A stretch of DNA of 53,837 nt, counting the filler, from Sphacelaria rigidula (Eukaryota): assembly GCA_964200075.2 (NCBI GenBank). It is 5 parts of 5 records of this genome, joined end to end, with 100 filler letters (N's around TTAATTAATTAA, not from the genome) between each part and the next. Parts side by side here need not be neighbours in the genome. Positions count along the whole stretch, not along the records: positions 32,366 to 43,052 come from CAXNAA020006078.1; positions 43,153 to 53,837 come from CAXNAA020006079.1; 3 more parts are not named here. One strand, written 5' to 3'. The notes below the pieces were generated by a model. The model did not search any database and was not told the origin of the DNA. It saw only the letters and a list, made by a program, of their open reading frames with translations. Position numbers and translations under genes: made by a program. Below are positions 39,467 through 50,063 of this stretch, piece after piece. The number at the start of each line of letters is the position of its first letter. Positions within the stretch are counted from its first letter, which is position 1.

Positions 39467-39714
39467 CGCAACGCCAGCCAGTGGAAGCACTGTTGGATCA
39501 CTGCTGTTGAGAGCCTCCCCAGTCTTACTGGCCTCAGTTTCAGTTGTCAGCCTTGACAACATTCTCATTATTCAGAAGTGACCTTCCAGGGCAATCACCT
39601 AGACACGCCAGAGTATCAACCTATTATCTCCGGTCATTGTCCAAACCATCACTACCAATGGTCATCATCCAGAACATCACTACCAACTTAACGTAACGAC
39701 GTACTTTCGGCACA
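39467..39714 (-). repeat. Gypsy 5' LTR (about 248 bp)
   Basis: Aligns end to end with 34817-35066, with about 30 substitutions and 2 indels by hand count. The inner terminus is mutated. Confidence 0.88.
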
Positions 39715-40180
39715 AGTTTCTATCCACTGCAAACCCCATGTACTATGTGACCTCTCCGAGATTGTTCGTGGGGAACGTTTTGTTCAGGATTTTGCCCATT
39801 TTCCCCACATTTTCCTCTGTACCACTGATCAGAATGTTATCCACATGAACAACTAAAATCACTTGCACGTCTCCTGCATCCTCCATCCTGAAAACACAAG
39901 GTTCAGCCTCACATTGCACCATCCCGACATCCTCCAGTAAAGTTTGGCACAGAAGACGAGATTACTGCCTGCCCGCTTGCTTGATCCCGTAAATAGGTTT
40001 TTCCAGCTTAACGGTCATGTCTGTCAAAACGGAGCAACCTTTAGGCAGCCTCATGTACGCGTCAGTGTCCATCTTCGCTTGAACAAAAGCCTGTGATACG
40101 TCGAAATGATACAGCGGCCACTCTTCCTGAAGTGCCACTGCCATGACCAGTTTGATGGAGGCCATGGTTGGGGACAACTT

Positions 40181-40409
40181 CTACGATAGCCCCCCCCAAA
40201 ACCAGCCAAAATGTTACGAAAAAAAGACCATACAGCACCTGATGTTCGAGTTCAGGGTGTGAAACGCCTGATATTGGCGACATTGGCTAGAACGAACCCA
40301 AGCGTGGGAATTCCCAGCTTCTTGTTGTGCTAGGCTTTTCCCAGTTCGATTTACGTCAGGATTTTGCCTCCCGAAACCATGCACTTTTGGGGGGGGGGGG
40401 CTATCGTAG
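40181..40409 (+). mobile_element. MITE inserted in the Copia RT region
   Basis: Perfect inverted ends CTACGATAGCCCCCCCC...GGGGGGGGCTATCGTAG, with a possible TA target site. It interrupts RT near the ETF/SPT motif. Confidence 0.8.
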
Positions 40410-43052
40410 AAAGTGTCTGGCGTTGCCGCGAAAGTCTCGAAATAGTCGACCGCAAATCGTTCAATCCTCCTGCTACCAACCTTGCCTTCGCCTTCGTAAT
40501 AGTACCATCTGCGTCAGTTTCCAAACTAAAAACCCATTTCGCTGAACTCACGTTAACTCCTTCCGGTACAGAGCCAATCGAAAATATTCCAGCCTTTTGA
40601 TGACCTCCTAGTTCGGCTTGCATCGTGCCTAACCATGCCCCTCGAAACAATGATTTTGCTGTGTCATCCATACTGGTGGGTGCTGCCTCTACTTCGCTTA
40701 CATGTAGGCCAGCCGGTGAACGCAAACCAAATTCAGGCTGCCCTACTATATTTCCCTTGGCAACGAAAAAAAAAAAATCGGCTGGTTCGTTTTGAATTTC
40801 GTCTTGCCCTGCCACCCGTCATGCTGCCGCGGTGATCATCTCCACGGTTGAGCATTTGTTGTCGGCCATTTCCGCCAGCGCGATCTCCGCTACTTTTTTG
40901 TTCTCCTCCGCTCCGCTAGTCACCAGCGTTTCGCCTCGTGTGTGTGCCGACCCCGTGGCTTCGCGCGTTTGGCTTCTCGTACGCCCCGCCCTTGGTGTTG
41001 GCAACTCGTCGGCCGCGAAGGAGTGTTCGATGCCGATGTGAGCGTCGGCGTTGGTGTCGCCGTCGGTGTAGGTGTCGGCATCAGCGCTGGTGTCGGCGTG
41101 GGCGCTGATGTTGGCGTTGAGGATGATGATGATTCCGGCTCCCCCTCACCCCCTCCGTTGACTAAATCTGGGACCGGGATCTCTGGTGTCACCCCGCCTT
41201 CTCCGCCCCCTCGCAGGGATGGTGAAGGCACTTACTTCGCCCTCCCCACTACTGACGGGGATCTACGGTGCTGCTACGCCCCCCCCCCACAAGCGGAACT
41301 TGGCGGGGAGGACGGTGCGCTTGAGGAACCTCTGGACGAAGTGTCCACTGTCGAGTTTTACATCCCTTCCTCGCTCATTTTCTGGTCTTGATCGACGTTG
41401 GAATCCTTCGGCTCGCCCGGCGTTGCTCTTATGTGCGTGGATCTTGGAATTGGCCGTCGCAGTCCCCTCGCCTCTGGGCAGCCGTGGCAGGGCTGCAGCT
41501 CCCCAGCCAGCTGGTTTTCCTGCTGCTTCGCCGTCATTCGCAGTAAGTCCTCATGGACGTGGGCGTGGGCACAGTGGAATTCGTTCATGTCAGTGATCTG
41601 GGGGCTAGACGAAGCCCCCGGGGAAATAACAGCATATGCCGAAGCACACTTGTCACTTCCACTTTGGTCGAGGCGGCGGGCGTACATTTTCAGTCGACAT
41701 GGTTGTCCGGATATTTTCAGTGTATTGCCTGAAATGAGATCTACCCTGAAATCTGCACGAAAACCAGTGTAGGTGTGTCCCATGTTTTGGGTCCTCGTGA
41801 GTGACAAGAGGTGATGACGGACATGAGGTACATGGTCAACATCCATTAATTTGAGCATCACATCCTGTCCGTCAGATCTGAAGGCAAGAGACAAATTTCC
41901 CCTGCCTACGATCGGGTAGTACTGTCCGTCACCGAGCAAACGGAGGAGCTGTCGCTGTCGTCGGCCGCGCCCATTGCCATCGCCACATCTTCTTTCTTTG
42001 CTGTTGATCTCGAACAGTCCCAGAAGGTGTGCCCCTGTTGACCGCACCTCCCGCGGTATCTCTTCGGGCAGTTTCTGGCTCGGTGCGTCGTGTCCTCGTC
42101 GCAAACATGGCAGCGGAGCAGCTTCACAGTCGCCGGTTTGCCGTCCGACGATGCCGACCCAGAGCTACTAGAACTCTGGCTCCCGCCATGTTTCTGACCA
42201 GAGCCCTGAGGTTTTTCCGGTTTTCCCTTGCGGCGTGCACCGCTCGGTTTTACGGTCTTACCCCTGACAAGGAGAGTCTGGTCGCCCGGGGATGACTTCT
42301 TTCACCGGGCAAGTTCCTGCTTCATAGCGGTCGACTTGAAGCACTTTCGGACCGAGGTTAGCACAGCCTCCCGTGTCAGCGACCCCTCTCGATCCTCCAG
42401 CAACTGCCTCTGAACGTGATACTCGAGTGGCAATGCGTTGAGGTATTTCAAGGGGATATGATTTTCGCTTAGAGGTTGAAGTTCCTCGTATGAATTCAGG
42501 TCTCGTGCAGTTTCCTCCATCTCGTGCAGCTTCTGCTCTGGATCCTCACAAACACCAATCTTGACTTCATCGAACTTTTCCAACAAGGCGGTTCTCAACC
42601 CATTTGTTTTGGGGCGAAAGACATCCGCGAGTTTTCTCCAAAGTGCACCATGTGAGTGGATTCTGAGCACGATATCTTGCTATCTGTTTCCTTCTAAACT
42701 GGCAACAAGCACCCGTCTCGCCCTCACGTGGGCTGCCACTGTGTCCTTCCCGTATCTAGTTTCTAGATACCCCAGTGCTAATTCAGGGTCACCGACATCT
42801 AGATCGTGCTAACTATCGCCGGCCATGGTAAACACCGAGTCAAACCCTTCGCGCCCCGCGAAGTTGACCAGCTCATGTCTGTACGAGCAATGCTACGGTA
42901 GGAGTGTACTTTTTTCGCGAATTTTTGTCTGGTGCAGGGGCTCCTAACGATTCTAGACGCACAAGGATGGGGGTCAGGGCATCCCCGTTTGCAGATTCAT
43001 TCGGAATATCCCCAGCACATTGGAATGGTAATCCTAGCGTACTCTCGCATAT

Positions 43053-43152
43053 NNNNNNNNNNNNNNNNNNNNNNNNNNNNNNNNNNNNNNNNNNNNTTAA
43101 TTAATTAANNNNNNNNNNNNNNNNNNNNNNNNNNNNNNNNNNNNNNNNNNNN
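43053..43152. other. Artificial contig spacer
   Basis: N44-TTAATTAATTAA-N44. Confidence 0.99.
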
Positions 43153-43452
43153 AACAAAGAAAAAAGTAAACGCTCCTGTGTTGACCTGCCTCCTGTGTGA
43201 CCCCGGCTGATGCGCCCAGATATCCCGAAAGAGGTAAACTGGCGCCCAGAACAAATGGGACGACAACACACAACACACATAATTTGTTCGAACAATGTGT
43301 ACCACAAGCACGTTGACCACATCAAAACATCTACTTCGAGCTGGAGCACGTAGGAGATTCGTAATCAGGTGGCATACGCCTTGCATCTGCTATTGGGAAC
43401 ATAGGCTGGGACGTCACTTCCGATTATCAACGCGGCGACCGATCGACGGAGG

Positions 43453-43861
43453 CTAGTTAACCGTCGTTGGGCTACGGTTGAGAATGTTTGACATGATTTT
43501 GTAAGTATCGCTACCCTTACCCTTAACCCTAACCCTAACCCTAACGCAACGCACACCAAGAAGCCTCGGGAAAGGTCGGAACGTACATTCCCTAGGCAAA
43601 GTGCGGCCTGGTCGAACCCGAATCAACGCCTGTGGCGCCGATTTTAACGAAAAACGCGTTCTGTACGCACGCGAGGAGCACACGGGATCGTCAGCCTCAC
43701 TACACTTCCACTTCTTGTCGTTCACACTCGAATAAAGAAGTATCAACCATTCGAAAACTTACCCCAACCCGGGTAAACTCTTTTGCACTGCATGAGAGTT
43801 TACCGGCGTTGGGGTACGTCCTAAAATGGTTGATATGACCCGATTTGAGTGTGAACGACGA
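43453..43861. mobile_element. Telomere-repeat MITE copy (43453-43780) plus an adjacent inverted partial copy (43796-43861)
   Basis: Aligns with the reverse complement of 29712-30006 (TATCGCTACCC..CCCTAACCCTAACCC..GGCAAAGTGCG..GCACGCGAGGAGCACAC..CACACTCGAAT..TATCAACCAT). From 43796 the TIR restarts: GAGTTTACCGGCGTTGGGG..ATGGTTGATAT. Confidence 0.78.
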
Positions 43862-44306
43862 TGGTTAAGTAGCCCCGTCTATACCACCGCTCCTCGTTCA
43901 CCTTTACCGTACTTGGAGCGTGGGACATCGGGACTCACTTTTTTTCGGCATAGCAGCGATGGCGGGAACATTGCCCTGTTTTTCAGCGCAAAGGGGTGCG
44001 TCCTGTCCAAAAAGAGAGGCAGAGAGAAATCGATCTTCGCATTTGGTGACCTCCAGAGACAAAGAGACGAAATCTCTCCGCAGCTCGATGTTCTTTGGGG
44101 ATACCTACCAGCACATGAGAAATTTGGTACGTGCTGGTAATATGCATGATGCCAGTCTCTCGAGCGATTGGTGATCGCTCAGCGAGGGCACACAAAGGAC
44201 ACGGGCAAGGAGCTTCCTCTTTGTCGTTGCTTCTCTCTCTGGCGATATCGTCATCGACACGCGTGTACACCGCAGTCGTTCGGTGCATTTAGCCACAACT
44301 GATGAT

Positions 44307-44560
44307 TCACAGTTGAAGGTGGGGAGGAACGTCATTCCACAGTCGCAAGAAAATTGCCCGCTGCTCAGGCTGTAAGCCATTCAACACGTTTTGGGGGATT
44401 TCCAGTTCCGCGTCTTCATCCGACCCGGTCACAACCATTGGATCAACTGACACTGGTCCATCACAATCGGCATTTTGCTCGAAGTCAGCAGAGGTTTCGG
44501 GGGGAAGATAGTTTCGCTCTGTGTTACTGTTTCGCGTCATCCCTGCAAAACACAAATGCC
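44307..44560 (-). mobile_element. Probable Gypsy pol fragment
   Basis: LNGLQPEQRAIFLRLWNDVPPHL resembles, from recollection only, the pre-RT linker of algal Gypsy polyproteins. No catalytic motif is visible. Confidence 0.3.
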
Positions 44561-45729
44561 ACTTGAACCTCATTTTTTTTAGATCGACCCCATTTTTCAG
44601 GCTCCGCTGTTACTAAATGACTTCCGCGATACTCACCCGGTAGTAGCACATATGGTGTGATGCGTGAGAGGATCGCGTGCTTTTTGGACCGCATCGTAGC
44701 TCAAAACACCCCGCAGGGACCGCGCCCCTGACCCTAACCCTAACCATGAGGATGTTTAAACTTCGATGCGGTCCAAAAAGCGCGCGGTCCTCCCACGCAT
44801 TACACATGGCGTCATACTGACCGCCATGGACAACTGGAGAAATGTGCCCTGTTAACAGGAGGGAAGGTGCGACACATACCCCTGCTTTCTGCAGAGGACT
44901 GAACTGCCGCCGAGTCTGTACCTTGAAGCCTTGTTGTTGTCGCCCTGTCAACTCTGGCAACTTGTCTGTAACCCTTCTTGTTTCTCCCTCCGTGTTGTGC
45001 TTGGGGCTGTCGAAGGTTTCAGCATCGGGGTGCTCGCCAGGTTTCGACCACGGTGAACATGACCCTCAAGTTGAGCATCCATGGCGAGTTTTGCTATTTT
45101 CTCGGTAAGAGTCGACTTGAACGTGAGATATTTTCGCAGCTACAAGATCGATGTGCAACTTTCATCTTCTTCTTGAAGGTCAATTCAATACAGTATTGGT
45201 CCTTTCAACTGTGTCCTTTTTTTCTCAATCCTAACTCCTCTTCCTCAGGACGAGTCCTTGGTCTCAAGAGATCAACCAATCTCTCCCCCGATATGAGCTG
45301 GTTCACGCTTTTCATCCAAAGTTATTTCATCAGATAATGTTGTTGTTGTCTTCGCATTAAAATCGCCCCGATATCTGCGCAGTACTATGTACTGGGCATC
45401 TGATGCGGGCGCTTTCCGTGGTCACAGGCTAACTACCCAAAATAGGGTAGACGGATTTCACAGAATATAATCGGACCCAGAAAAATTCACAGACGCAATA
45501 CAGAAAAAAAAACATCAAGCAAATAAAGAAGAATGGAAAACAAAATCTGATCAAAAACATTTCGGTGCCTTAGGCGACCATTCGGGAGATAGAAATCCTT
45601 CCGAAATACCCGTCCAACAGTCGCATATATGACATCACACTGACCGCTATGGACAGCTGAATAGGGTGACACAGCCGGATTTACGTTCTAGGCCGTGGGG
45701 GTGGCGCTCAGGTGGCGCTGAGGGCGAAA

Positions 45730-48700
45730 AGGTACCCCGACTAATCAGCAGCCTTTAAATTGTTCTGAATTTGAACATACAAATCGAGTCATGCCACGGT
45801 AGGGGTGCACAATTTTTTGTTGGGTGTTGAACTTTTAGGAGCCTTTCATTTCATCCAAAACTCGACTTACGGCATACGTGACAGCACGCCACGGTGAGCA
45901 TTCCAATCCGCTAAGGATATCTCGAATGTTTTGAAAAGGGAAATCCTGACCTATATTCTTGAGCAGCTCCTAGGTTTAGCAGCCCCTTAAGGGAAAACAT
46001 CGGGGCCCAAATGGGCAACCCCTGCCGCGGCATGACTCAATTCCCAACCCAATTTCTACCCGACCTCCACATGCTTCAAATCGTAGCAATTGCCATCGGC
46101 TCGGATGAATATTTCAGGTGAAGGCCATAAGGTGGTGGGCTTTTTGCGAGCGAGGCGGCGTCGCCGGACCTGTTGTGATGAAACGTTGAACTGGTTGTCC
46201 TAGTATCAACACATGTACGATGTAATATGCAAACGAAAAGCTTCCCAAGCGAAAGTTGTTTGCAACGCCAATACCGTAGCTGTCCCGCCGCCGTAACCAG
46301 AAACGACTACTACATGCACTGCACAGGGTGGACACATCGCCCGCGGACTTGAATGACAAGGAAAGGCGTCCCAGCAATCTCCGAGGGAATCTCACTCGGT
46401 TCGCTCATGATATTCAGGCCACTTTGATCCGAAGCCGCCATGTACCCACTTGATTCACTGAGCCGCGCCGCTTTGTGCCCATCCTCCCCTGCCACTGTGT
46501 TCTGGCGAACATGGCACGGTCACGACGTGATCGAGTTCGAGGAGCTCGAGGAGCTGATCGGTTTGCAAGTTCGGCCGCAGCGGTTGCCTCTGCGTATTAC
46601 AGCACACGCAAACGTTTCAGGATTCGCAACGGCAGGGATCATCGGAAACAAACAACTCAGAAACAGATACTGACACACAGGCACGGGGCAGGGTAACTAC
46701 CAACACTTACCCACATCATCGAGGCACCACCCATTACCTGGCAGCAGGGCACTACAGATGCCCCAGCAGAAAATTCAGAAGCCGGACGGTGAGTCTCGTG
46801 ATCGACTCCTTGTTTCGCTGAAGCCTGCGGTACGAATCAATAGTGAAACAAGCCTCTCGTGAAGACAGATCTGGATCACAGCAAAATAACGCTAACAGTA
46901 CGATCCCGTCACCACTACTGCAGCACGGAAATGCCGCATGATTCACCAAGTTCCGCTTTTCCCTGATACGGTCGATTCGAAAAACGTTGATGACGGAAAT
47001 GCCGCATGATTCACATAGTTCCGCTTTTCCCTACTGCCCCTAGCGCCGTGGTTCGCGCGTGCAAAATCCACACTTCAGTTACCGACGACTCATGATGCAG
47101 GCCACCGTAGGTTTTGCACAGAAGAGGATGAGGGCTGTTCGGACGAGCATCGTCTGCGCTTGCTGCTGCATACATGCAAAGTGGACCCGGCCTCATTGTC
47201 CTCTACTCCACCTCGGTTGTTTCGTTATTGCGCCCGGGTTTCGAAACACCAACGACGGGTTTTGAGGCGCGCTACAAGATGCGCGCGATAATATCATGAG
47301 GCGTGCTTGGTGATGTTGGAACGTCGACGGTTGCAAATGTCCGGTGACGATGAGCGTTGGGTTTCACAAAAACTTGGGGTGATCGCGGTGAATGGACGGA
47401 CAAAAGAGCACTCCAATTCAAATTCCGCGTGGTCGCGACACATTTTGGAATCGATTTTTCACGACTAGCACGAAGAAAAACTGTCAGGAAGAGACTGGAG
47501 CATAAAATGAACCTTGCCGCTACACGTATCTTCCACCCGCACTGATCGGCGAAGTATTGGCGTTTAAGGCTGGAAAACGGGTAGCTTTGCCTGCCGCAAC
47601 TGTGTAGTAAAATATTGAATAGGTGGACGCAACTTCAGGCTAATCATTTGTTCTTTGAATTCCATGTTTGCCATTTCTTGATATACTCGCACATGCTGTT
47701 CACACTGTCCATGTGTGTCGTCGCTTGCTGCTTCGAGACTCGTCACACTAATGATAATCATGGAATGTCCCGACGCAAAAATTCATATTCAAAACTCGCG
47801 AAAACCGTCCCTAAAACGTTTGGAAACCTAATGCAGATTGAAAAATGGTGAACAGAAGAGATAACTACACGCCCTGACAATGTTTGTCGATGTCCTACAA
47901 TTTCATGCGTTCGAGGCATCTCCACGGCGTACTTCCGGTATAGCTGTTTGCACGGCTCTCGAGCCGCGGGCCAGAAATGGGCGTTTGCATCTATTTACGA
48001 CAGATATTTTCATTGTCCCGTTATGTTATACTCGAGCACTTCCGTTCTTTCTACTGTTTTTTCCCATCACGTAGCTGTTTCATTCTACATGTCCGCCCGG
48101 TGAGTTTTCGAAGCGTGTGATTCGTCGTTTGCAATGTTTGAATAGGACGCTGACAGTGCCCTCCCAAAAGCTGCCGATAGAATGAACCGTTCATTAAACC
48201 CCCACACGTTTTTTCATACTTTTGTTGTCTTTGCGTATATCCCATCAACTCAATGTTTTCATGCGATCATTTTGCGCCGAAGCTCATTGAACGGGTCCTG
48301 AACATGGGCAAGATACCGACAGGTCTCGCTCTTGTCCGTCCTAAGCGCTCAGAGAATAGTGATAGGATATTTCAACGAGAGGTAGAATCATTGAATCGAC
48401 AAGGGATAATCCAAATGTTGGAAGCGTCTCTTTGCTTCGACATTCACACCGAGGACTGAAAGCATGAGAACCTAACAGGATTGTCCCCCCGGTAGGCCAT
48501 GCCGTCCACGGCTATTGGCAACACTACTTGAAGGTTCTAGGCAACCGCCAGAACGATCCAGCAGGGTATATAATGGGTGTGAAATCTACATTTCTTCGCC
48601 GTGCATGAAATTTCCAGGCCAGCACCTTCTGGGTGCAGCCGATGTTGTGTCATCAACACGATCAGGCGGGATCAATTCGGAGAACTCACGCGTCGTTTGC

Positions 48701-49320
48701 TGCTCAGCTTGGGCTGAGGCGGGGCCGTTGCCGTAAAGTTCATCGGGATCACCTGCCGAACGAGAAACAGCAAACGCCAAGAAAAGCAAATAGATCGAAA
48801 CATCAGCAACACGTGTCGTGAAATGCATTTTACGACTTGGTGGAATTTTTTTTCAAAAATACTTCCTCTGTCTCACAAGTCTATGCAGTCATGCTTGTAC
48901 GAGCCCGTAACGATGTCCGATTTGATTTTCGACTCTTTGGTTGCACTCGCTGGCCTTTTTTGAGCTAAAACAATACTCTTTCTACAACATGGGTGCTTGA
49001 CCCGTGCGGCCTCACGGCCGAGAGAAAGTAGGTCGGTCAAAAATATGGCCATGTTTCGCTATTTTTCCCAGTAAAGCATAGGAGGCCCGGGAATCGCGAA
49101 AAATTGTGAAAAAAATGTGAACAAAATGTGAAAAAAAATGTGAACAAAAAAATGTGAACACCGCAACACCACCACTGATCAGGACATCTGACGTTAACCT
49201 ACGCCCGTCCCCATGTAACAAATTTTCAGCATGTAATCGCTGGTGCTCGACATAAAAACGTCCAAGATCGGTCAACAATGGGGTATAAGTGGACCAAGAA
49301 GGGCCAACCGGGGTATATTT
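45730..49320. mobile_element. Possible highly degenerate DNA transposon (hAT-like)
   Basis: 46440-46673 (+) reads P..FW...G...EL...F.TAGII.NK.LRNR, weakly like the hAT dimerisation domain. Tandem AAAATGTGAA(CA) motifs at 49101-49160 resemble subterminal repeats. Boundaries are uncertain. Confidence 0.3.
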
Positions 49321-50063
49321 CGACATAATTTTAGTATTGAAAACAAGTCTTTTTTTCTTTTCTCTTTCATGGTCAGCTTCGTCTGCGTGTTATCTCTCTA
49401 ACGAACCTAACCGTAGGATGATCGTCAGCGTTGAAATACCCAAACGATTAAACGTTCATAACTGCACAAACTTATGAGACAGAGGAAGTATTGCGCGTAG
49501 ATCTCATCCTTGTGGGGGGTGCAGCACGTGTACCGGGTGAAGTAAAAACCTAGCGACTGGTGACCTCAAGATACGACAAATGTTCACATTCTGAAACAAC
49601 TTGCGCCTGTTACGAGGCGTTAACTTCTACGGCACCCATGTGGGTGCCGACCTCATCCGGTCGACGAACGCAGGTCTTGAGCAACGTCATCACCACACTT
49701 GCTTGTGCACGTGTCGTGACCCATGAGCAAACTTCGACTTCTCCTGCGAGCAGAGTACACACAAGGCTTGCCGACGCCGTGACTCTGTCGGTTCTCGATG
49801 CTCTTACCGAGCCATCACCAAAATCGAAAGGAGGACGATCGCTTCCTCGACTGTAGCAACTTCGCGATCCGGCTATCGCAGCAGCAGCGGTACCAAGATT
49901 TGCCCTCAAATGCGATATTGTACGGCTTTGACAAAGAGCCGAGATGAGTGCTACGCTATGCACGGAAGCGTCCAGGACGGATCACCTGCTATTGTACTCA
50001 AGAACCAATTCAGACCAGTCATCGGGAAATATATGCCTATGAACCGAAATTCGTATCACGCAC

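Larger units (their letters stand above)
34817..39714 (-). mobile_element. Decayed, internally deleted Ty3/Gypsy element with a chromodomain-like integrase tail
   Basis: Paired LTRs at 34817-35066 and about 39467-39714; near-TSD AGTC/AGTT. gag with CHRCGQLGHYARDC; protease remnant (VLVSGA); RT start with the core missing; RNase H remnant; integrase AH...GHRG...CLHC, FDFLYVG, YPPWSNGTCER; PKLMATWTGPWRV; chromo-like VLVDWVSFEVEERTW. Confidence 0.92.
33660..43052 (-). mobile_element. Decayed Ty1/Copia LTR retrotransposon, interrupted by a Gypsy element and a MITE
   Basis: Minus-strand order: gag (YLNALPLEY; zinc knuckles CHVC..H.ARNC and RCGQQGHTFWDC), protease remnant, GAG-pre-integrase (FHCAHAH...PCHGC), RT (KWVF..KAKARLVA, HFDVSQAFVQ, KPIYGIKQAGR, HVDN), then RT end and RNase H (YRNAVGGLMWL, RPD, YCDAGYA..DRRSVSG, LSTAEVEYVA, SKHIDVRYHFIRE). 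A PPT AGGGGGGG is followed by TGTTCA at 33690. Many stops and frameshifts. The LTR extent is uncertain. Confidence 0.92.

Noticed and set aside
43513..43545. True telomere
   Set aside because: Only a few CCCTAA units, internal to the contig and embedded in a TIR element.
46925..47032. 40-bp repeat, 28-bp spacer, 40-bp repeat, resembling a mini-CRISPR
   Set aside because: Only two imperfect copies, no cas genes and a eukaryotic context. A local duplication explains it.
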